Position numbers and translations under genes: made by a program
Shown: positions 58,128-64,000 of the stretch, one piece after another
Layout of the letters: each line of letters begins with the position of its first letter
Numbering within the stretch: position 1 is the stretch's first letter
NCBI GenBank assembly: GCA_041577295.1
Contig: JBFGJG010000003.1
Span: 1 to 64,000 of the forward strand
Source: Gemmatimonadales bacterium
Lineage (GTDB): Bacteria; Gemmatimonadota; Gemmatimonadetes; Gemmatimonadales; GWC2-71-9
DNA: 64,000 nucleotides
Direction: 5' to 3'
The notes under the pieces: generated by a model
What the model saw: the letters and a program-made list of their open reading frames with translations, nothing else
Told to the model about the DNA's origin: nothing
The model's database searches: none

Positions 58128-59488
58128 AGGGTTTCCTCTTGGATGACGATCTCCCCTCGGATACGCTCGTGGAGCGCGCGGGTAATGGGATAGAACCAGC
58201 CGGTTGCGATCGCCAAGACGTTACAGGTGATGGGGCCGCCGACGTACAGGGTCTTGAGCGTCGTGATGGCGGCAGGGGGCTGGACCTCGACGCCACCGAC
58301 ATAGCCGGCGCGGTCCAACAGCGGAAACGCAATGGCGGCGCCGACGGCCATGGCGAGCTTTTTTGCCAAGGCCCAGAGACCAATGTACTGACCCTCGTGT
58401 CGGACGTCCGTTTTCCATTGGTCGTAGTCGATCACATCGGCCTGCATCGACGGCGGAATAGCCAAGCACCCTCCCAACCCAATCGCGGAGAGCGACACCA
58501 GCACACCAAACGCAAGGGTATCGCCAGGACCCAACCACGCGACACCCGCAAATGCGGCGGTGTTGATGGCGAGCGCCAGGAGCCAGGCAGGCTTCTTTTC
58601 CCATCGCTGCGCCAGCCGAACCCAAAGAGGAAGGAATACGATACCAAACCCGAGATAGAGCACGAGAAACAACGGACCCAGATTACTTCGCAGCACGTAT
58701 TGCACGTAAAACAAGATCACTGTCGCCGCGATGGCTCCCCCCAACGAGTAGAGGGTATAGGCAACGAGCAGCGTGAGGAACGGACGATTGCGAAATAATG
58801 GCCTGAGATTGCGCCATGGACTCCCGCTCGGACGCTGGGCGTCGGCCCAGCGCCGTTCATGGACCGCGAGGATACACCAACCAATGAGGACGGCCGCGGC
58901 AACAGCGTACACCAAGCCAAGCAGGCCGTATCCCCTGGTAGCCCCGGTGTCCGAAGCCTCAAAGAGCGCGGGGAGTGCGGATCCGACCAGGGTCCCCAGC
59001 AACACGGCGGACTCGCGCGCGCCGAAGAGGCGGTTGCGATCGTCGTAGTCGAACGAGATCTCGGCGCCGAGTGATTCGTACGGGACAGCGACCATCGTCC
59101 AACACAAGAAGAACACGAATGCCAGGACAGCGAACCGGGACGTCGCGAGCGCTCCCCCGTCGAGCGGGGGCGTGAGCAAGAGATAGAATGATCCCGCCAG
59201 GGGGATGGCGGCGATCGCCATCCACGGCCGCCGCCGCCCCCACCGTGTGCGTGTCCGGTCCGACGCTGCACCGATGGCGGGATCCGTGACCGCGTCCCAC
59301 AGGCGTGAGACGAGCACGATCAAGCCCAGAGTCGTCAGATTGATGCCGACGACATCGGCGTAGAACTTCGGGAGGTAGACGTAGAAGCTGAGGCCCAGCG
59401 CCGCCAGAATGACGGCCGGCGCGGCATACCCAACGAGTGTCGCCGGCGCGATGCGCGTCCCGGTGGCCGGGGCGACGCTAGAGGCCAA
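58124..59488 (-). CDS. MFS_2/GPH-family sugar (glycoside):cation symporter
   Basis: WDAVTDP.IG..SDRTRTRWGRRRPW, VPYESLGAE, ADVIDYD…EGQY.G. Confidence 0.9.
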   Translation of the reverse strand: MASSVAPATGTRIAPATLVGYAAPAVILAALGLSFYVYLPKFYADVVGINLTTLGLIVLVSRLWDAVTDPAIGAASDRTRTRWGRRRPWMAIAAIPLAGSFYLLLTPPLDGGALATSRFAVLAFVFFLCWTMVAVPYESLGAEISFDYDDRNRLFGARESAVLLGTLVGSALPALFEASDTGATRGYGLLGLVYAVAAAVLIGWCILAVHERRWADAQRPSGSPWRNLRPLFRNRPFLTLLVAYTLYSLGGAIAATVILFYVQYVLRSNLGPLFLVLYLGFGIVFLPLWVRLAQRWEKKPAWLLALAINTAAFAGVAWLGPGDTLAFGVLVSLSAIGLGGCLAIPPSMQADVIDYDQWKTDVRHEGQYIGLWALAKKLAMAVGAAIAFPLLDRAGYVGGVEVQPPAAITTLKTLYVGGPITCNVLAIATGWFYPITRALHERIRGEIVIQEETL

Positions 59489-61496
59489 GTTCTGCGCGGG
59501 CTTCTGGGGGAAGCAGCGGAATCAACAGCGGGATGGGAACGGCAAACCCCAACCCCGCGGCCTCACGCAACCCCGCTCGGTGGATCGCGACCACGTCACC
59601 GTCCGCGTTGAAGATGGGGCTGCCGCTCGATCCGCTCACCGTGAATCCGTCGAACTGGATGAGTTCGGGCGTCACCTTGCTAAACACGCCGGCGCTCATC
59701 GATGTGCGCACCGTCGAGGTCCTATCGAGCGCCGCCGTGAGCCCAGCGGGGAACCCGATGAGCGCCGCTGGCTCACCCTGCCTCGCCTGCGTGCCCGCCC
59801 AATCGATCCTGGCGATCACGGGTCCCGTGTAACTCCGAATCTTCAACAAGGCCAAGTCAGGCCCATCCGGAGGCGCCACCGCCACGAGGTCCGTGCGCAC
59901 CATGAACCGTTGGTCCGCCATGGTCACAAAGAGTGAGTCTGCCCGCTTTGCCTGCTCGGTAACCACGTGCCGGTTGGTCACAAAGTATCCGGATGCGGTG
60001 AGCGCGAACCCGGAGCCATCGAACACTTCCGTACCGAAGTACGCAGTGACCAACCCGACGGCAGCCTGATTGCCCTGCGCAACCGCGGCCAGATTCACGC
60101 CGCGAATGGCCCGCACCTGCGAGCTGAGCGCCGACGCGCGGTCCTCGGCGGCGCGAACCGCGCTGCGCAAGCTGTCTACCATGGCATTGGAGACCTGGCT
60201 CTCCCGTGCCCGGCGCAATTCGGTGCGCAGGCGGCTCAGTTCGGTATGCGCGCGACGCTGCAACGAGTCGCCCGCGGATATCTGTTGCGCGAGCTCGACC
60301 TGCGCGCGCTGCAGAGCCGCTTCCAGATCCGCGGTTCGCTGCCCAGCCTCCTCGAGCGCCACCCGCAAGCTTTCAACCACCGTGACCGGTGCCGCCGACG
60401 CCCGGGCCTGTGTCAGCTGTTGCTCTAACCGCGCGTATTCCATTTGTGCGGCGCGCCACACGGAATCCGTCGCCGCCTGCTGCGCTTGCCGCACTTGTTC
60501 CTGCTGTGCCGCAAGACGGGCAGCAGTCTCTGCCACGCGCCGTTCACCCAACCAGTAGACACCGCCCACGGAGACGGCGAGCAGCCCGACAAATGACCAG
60601 ACGATCAATCGGGCGCGACGTGCCGATCGCTTGCTGGACTCCGCAAGCTTTTCCGAGAAGAAGGCCGTGCGACCCCGGCCTCCAAAGCTCCGTCGAGCCG
60701 GGACGGGCGGCACCATCTTCTCCGCCGTAGCTTCGAAGGGATTGTCCAGTGCTGCGACGCGCAACTCGGGACCTCCGGTCCCGAGCTTTAGTCGATCACC
60801 GACCTGGACGTGATGTTCGCCGTGCAGCGACACGCCGTTCACCAACGTGCCGTGTCGACTACCTGCGTCCTGCACGGCCACGACTCCGTCTGGACGCAGG
60901 AAGATCTTCGCGTGCACCCGTGACACCGTGGTCTGAGTTGGTGCAACCGGTCGAACTTCGCACTCCCGACCACGGCCGATGCGAATCTCGTTTCCCGTCA
61001 CCTCGTACCGCGTCCCCTCCCGTGACTCGATCAGGGTCAGAGAAAACGACGGGGCATCAGAAGTCTTTGGGGATTGCAGCAGGAGATCCGTAGGCGCGTC
61101 ATCCTCATCGTCGGCGAGCATCCCAGCTCGTACCGTCGCGAGCAACTCTTCGGGTAATTCGGCGACGGTCTCACTGATCTTCTGCCTGCGGACGGCTTCG
61201 ACCTTGAGCCGTACACTGCCCGTACCGAGACCGATGACTTGGCCAGCGGCGAGGAGGATTGGGGCGCCCGGGGTCAGCCGCCGCCCGTCGAGATAGGTCC
61301 CGTTACGGCTTTGCAGATCGTCGAGATACCAGGCCCCATCGCGGTGGGCGATACGGGCGTGCTGGGCCGAGACCAACTCGCGGCCCGCACCGGCAATGGC
61401 GAACTCGACGGACGGGTCGCGCCCGATCCGTACCTCGGCCGTGTGGAACTCGTGACGCTCGCCCGAACGGAGATCTCGGAGGCAAAGGAACGGCAT
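59478..61496 (-). CDS. FHA-FHA-TM-coiled-coil-trypsin-like serine protease
   Basis: Two FHA domains (IGRD…VSAQHA…SRNGT; IGRG…VSRVHA…SRHGT), a TM helix, a Gln/Ala coiled coil, and catalytic triad VTNRHVV / DLALLK / GSSGSP. Confidence 0.88.
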   Translation of the reverse strand: MPFLCLRDLRSGERHEFHTAEVRIGRDPSVEFAIAGAGRELVSAQHARIAHRDGAWYLDDLQSRNGTYLDGRRLTPGAPILLAAGQVIGLGTGSVRLKVEAVRRQKISETVAELPEELLATVRAGMLADDEDDAPTDLLLQSPKTSDAPSFSLTLIESREGTRYEVTGNEIRIGRGRECEVRPVAPTQTTVSRVHAKIFLRPDGVVAVQDAGSRHGTLVNGVSLHGEHHVQVGDRLKLGTGGPELRVAALDNPFEATAEKMVPPVPARRSFGGRGRTAFFSEKLAESSKRSARRARLIVWSFVGLLAVSVGGVYWLGERRVAETAARLAAQQEQVRQAQQAATDSVWRAAQMEYARLEQQLTQARASAAPVTVVESLRVALEEAGQRTADLEAALQRAQVELAQQISAGDSLQRRAHTELSRLRTELRRARESQVSNAMVDSLRSAVRAAEDRASALSSQVRAIRGVNLAAVAQGNQAAVGLVTAYFGTEVFDGSGFALTASGYFVTNRHVVTEQAKRADSLFVTMADQRFMVRTDLVAVAPPDGPDLALLKIRSYTGPVIARIDWAGTQARQGEPAALIGFPAGLTAALDRTSTVRTSMSAGVFSKVTPELIQFDGFTVSGSSGSPIFNADGDVVAIHRAGLREAAGLGFAVPIPLLIPLLPPEARAELGL

Positions 61497-61542
61497 GCGT
61501 TGAGAACTTAGCGAGCGCTCGGAAGCGTTGGAAGGCGGACGC

Positions 61543-62532
61543 TCAAGCGCTCCAGCTCAACACGATCGCCCCAAAATTGCGATTGTCCTCCATATACCGG
61601 TGTGCCTCACCCGCCTCCGCTGCGGGAAAAACGCGATCGAGTGTTGGCGTCGCGACACCGCCGACGAACAGAGGGAGCACTCGATCGATGAACGACCGTG
61701 TGATCTGTGCCTTTTCTGCGGATGAGCGACTCCGCAGTACCGTGCCGACCAGGGTAAGACGCTTGCTCAACAATCGGCCGAGATCGATCTCGGACGTGCG
61801 ACCACCGGTGAGCCCGATAACGACAATTCGTCCTCGCGGTGCGGCGGCGACCAAATTTCCAAAGAGATAGCTCCCACCCACAAGGTCACAGATGATGTCC
61901 GCCCAATCGCGGAGATCGTCCTTGGGAGCAAAGGCACCGGTCACCAACACACGCTTGTCGAGGCCCAGCGCCGCGGCGCGTTCGAGCTTGGCGGCTGTTC
62001 GGGATGAGCCGGCTACCACGGCATCGTGCGCCTTCGCGAGCTGAAGCACAGCCAGACCGACGCCGCTTCCGACAGCATGGACCAGGACGCGCTCGCCGCG
62101 CTGTAGGTTTGCCCGCTCGCTGAGCGCATCGTGGGCCGTGATGAACGCCTCGGGCACGGCGGCTGCCATCTCAAACGACCAGGCACTCGGAATCGGTATG
62201 AGGTGATCGCTCGGGACAGCCACAAACTCCGCGTAGGCTCCCCCGCCAATGATTCCCATGACCCGATCGCCCACCTTCCACGCGGCATCGGAACCGCTCG
62301 TCGTCTCCACCAGACCCGCGAACTCGAGGCCGGGCACATGCGCAAGGGCACCGGGCGGAGCCGGATACGCGCCGCGCCGCTGCAGCACGTCCGCGCGATT
62401 CACCCCGGACGCGAGCACCCGGACCACCACCTCGCCCGATGCCGGCGTGGGTCGTGGAAGGCTGCTCATGGTCAGCACGTCCGGCCCGCCAGGGCTCACG
62501 ATGGTGATGGCACGCATGGGTGGGGCGGTCAT
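61543..62532 (-). CDS. NAD(P)H:quinone oxidoreductase (zeta-crystallin/PIG3 type MDR)
   Basis: GVNRADVLQRRG.YP.PPG…PGLE, GGGAYAE, PEAFITA, HAVGSGVG, NFGAIVL; start 62532 or 62517. Confidence 0.9.
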   Translation of the reverse strand: MTAPPMRAITIVSPGGPDVLTMSSLPRPTPASGEVVVRVLASGVNRADVLQRRGAYPAPPGALAHVPGLEFAGLVETTSGSDAAWKVGDRVMGIIGGGAYAEFVAVPSDHLIPIPSAWSFEMAAAVPEAFITAHDALSERANLQRGERVLVHAVGSGVGLAVLQLAKAHDAVVAGSSRTAAKLERAAALGLDKRVLVTGAFAPKDDLRDWADIICDLVGGSYLFGNLVAAAPRGRIVVIGLTGGRTSEIDLGRLLSKRLTLVGTVLRSRSSAEKAQITRSFIDRVLPLFVGGVATPTLDRVFPAAEAGEAHRYMEDNRNFGAIVLSWSA

Positions 62533-62552
62533 AAGTGCGTTATTTTGGATGG

Positions 62553-64000
62553 ATGACGTCGCACGCGGCAAGGGCCAATCCCCTGATATGCCCGGAGATC
62601 GACCAGGTCGCCTTATTTGATGAGGCTGCCGAGCGATTCGGCGATCTGTTCGATGTGCAGCGGCTCGTAGCCGCGTCGCCGGTACGGGCGCTCTTTGTCG
62701 CCAGTGACCTGGTGCTCAAACGAGAAGTGGCCCTGCGGGTTCATCTCGCACCCGAGAGCCCGACCCGTTCGTGGTTCGTTTGTGAAACCGAGCTGCTGGC
62801 AGCCCTCGATCACCCCGTGTTGCGAACGATCTTTTCGGCCGGACGGCGGGCAGACTGGGCGTTTCGCACCGCCAAGTGGATCGAGGGCGAAAGCCTCCGG
62901 GCAGCGACGGAACGTGGACCGCGGCCGATCCCGAGCGTGCTGGCGCTCGCTCGCGAACTGAGTCGAATGCTCGAGTACTTGCACTCACTGCAGATCGTGA
63001 TCCGCCGATTGGTACCGGAAGCGGTGATGGTCGAGACGACCGGTCGCAACGTGGTGACCGATATGCGCTGGGCCAACCGGTGCCTCGATCGCGCGACGTT
63101 CTTCGATCCGGCCTTCGAGCCGTTCATGGCCCCCGAGGTTCGCACCGGCACGCCCGGCGATCCCGCGGCCGATATCTACACGGCCGGCGCACTCCTCTAT
63201 TTCGCAGTGACCGGACAGGAGCCGGACCGGGATCCCGAGCGAACGGTCCCACCGCGACAGATTCGGGCTGCTTGTCCACAGGCGCTGGAGCGGGTCATAG
63301 CACGTGCGCTGGCGAGGGACCCGCAGGACCGCTACTTCACCGCCGGGGAGATGGGGCAAGATCTCGCCTCGGATCTCGGGGAATTCGAGACGCAGATTCC
63401 CGTAGCGCCGGCACTCGGTGCCGCCTCCGACGATTCGCGTGCGTGGGAGAAACGGCTCCGGCGCGCGCTCGGAGACGACTACGAACTGCTCGAAGAACTC
63501 GGTGCTGGCGGTTTTGGCCGCGTGTACCGTGTGCGTCATCTTGGACTCGAGCGCGAAGTGGCACTCAAGGTCCTTCACCCATTTCTCACCGCCGACCCAG
63601 CCGTCGTGGAACGGTTTCGGCGCGAGGCGCAGTTCGCCGCGCAGTTCATGCATCCTCACATGGTCAATGTGTACGACATCGGCGGCCGGGCCGGGCTGCT
63701 GTGGTACACCATGGAGTACGTCTCGGGTACGAGTCTCGCGCGGCTCGTGGAGGTGCATGGTCCCCAACCGGTCGAGCGCGTATTTCGATTGCTCGAAGAG
63801 GCCCTGCTCGCCCTGCGAGCTGCGCATGAGCGCGGATTGATGCACCGCGATCTCAAGCCGGAGAACATGCTGATCGAGGGAGCGACGGGAAATCTCTTGC
63901 TGGTGGACTTCGGCCTCGCGATGGCGCTGGGTGGAGCGGACGGACGGGGTGGCGCATCCGCCCGGTCCGGCACACCGGAGTACGCTGCACCCGAGCAGTT
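62553..64000 (+). CDS. Ser/Thr protein kinase with an N-terminal pseudokinase domain; runs off the window
   Basis: Manual translation from ATG 62553. Domain 1 is degenerate (VALR, VIRRLVPE, TDMRW, FMAPE, DIY..G). Domain 2 is canonical (LGAGGFGRVY, VALK, HRDLKPEN, DFGLA, GTPEYAAPE). Confidence 0.9.
   Translation, partial: MTSHAARANPLICPEIDQVALFDEAAERFGDLFDVQRLVAASPVRALFVASDLVLKREVALRVHLAPESPTRSWFVCETELLAALDHPVLRTIFSAGRRADWAFRTAKWIEGESLRAATERGPRPIPSVLALARELSRMLEYLHSLQIVIRRLVPEAVMVETTGRNVVTDMRWANRCLDRATFFDPAFEPFMAPEVRTGTPGDPAADIYTAGALLYFAVTGQEPDRDPERTVPPRQIRAACPQALERVIARALARDPQDRYFTAGEMGQDLASDLGEFETQIPVAPALGAASDDSRAWEKRLRRALGDDYELLEELGAGGFGRVYRVRHLGLEREVALKVLHPFLTADPAVVERFRREAQFAAQFMHPHMVNVYDIGGRAGLLWYTMEYVSGTSLARLVEVHGPQPVERVFRLLEEALLALRAAHERGLMHRDLKPENMLIEGATGNLLLVDFGLAMALGGADGRGGASARSGTPEYAAPEQ

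Noticed and set aside
62613..63973. Listed ORFs 62876-63829 (+) and 62985-63845 (-)
   Set aside because: Off-frame or antisense to the kinase, which the track omits because it has no stop inside the window.

Overview
This is a gene-dense, GC-rich bacterial chromosomal segment. Gene content (many lipoproteins, alternative complex III, Hanks-type kinases, (GGCGGACG)n tracts) suggests Gemmatimonadota; this is an inference. No rRNA, tRNA, CRISPR, transposase or integrase was recognised. Blocks from left to right: (1) D-aminoacylase, gamma-glutamyltransferase and a DUF3179 lipoprotein; (2) a ~340-bp intergenic array of 16 degenerate palindromes at exact 21-bp spacing; (3) three exported Zn-metallopeptidase + small lipoprotein pairs, two being an old tandem duplication and the third an M6 protease with a dockerin-like tail next to a cohesin-like lipoprotein; (4) a sphingolipid/ceramide operon (Spt, GNAT ceramide synthase, SDR reductase, Aur1/IPC-synthase-like PAP2); (5) a plastocyanin-like lipoprotein, DedA/VTT protein and PHM-like dicopper monooxygenase behind a TGTGA-N6-TCACA site; (6) rhodanese-MBL, TonB-like, VIT/vWA, ECF sigma/anti-sigma and XdhC genes; (7) alternative complex III actABCDEF; (8) a 10-gene operon of unknown catabolic function with divergent ABC permeases, a GH38 mannosidase and a GPH symporter; (9) an FHA-FHA-TM-trypsin protease, a quinone oxidoreductase and a pseudokinase-kinase fusion that runs off the window. 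All calls are from motif recognition by eye; no searches were run.
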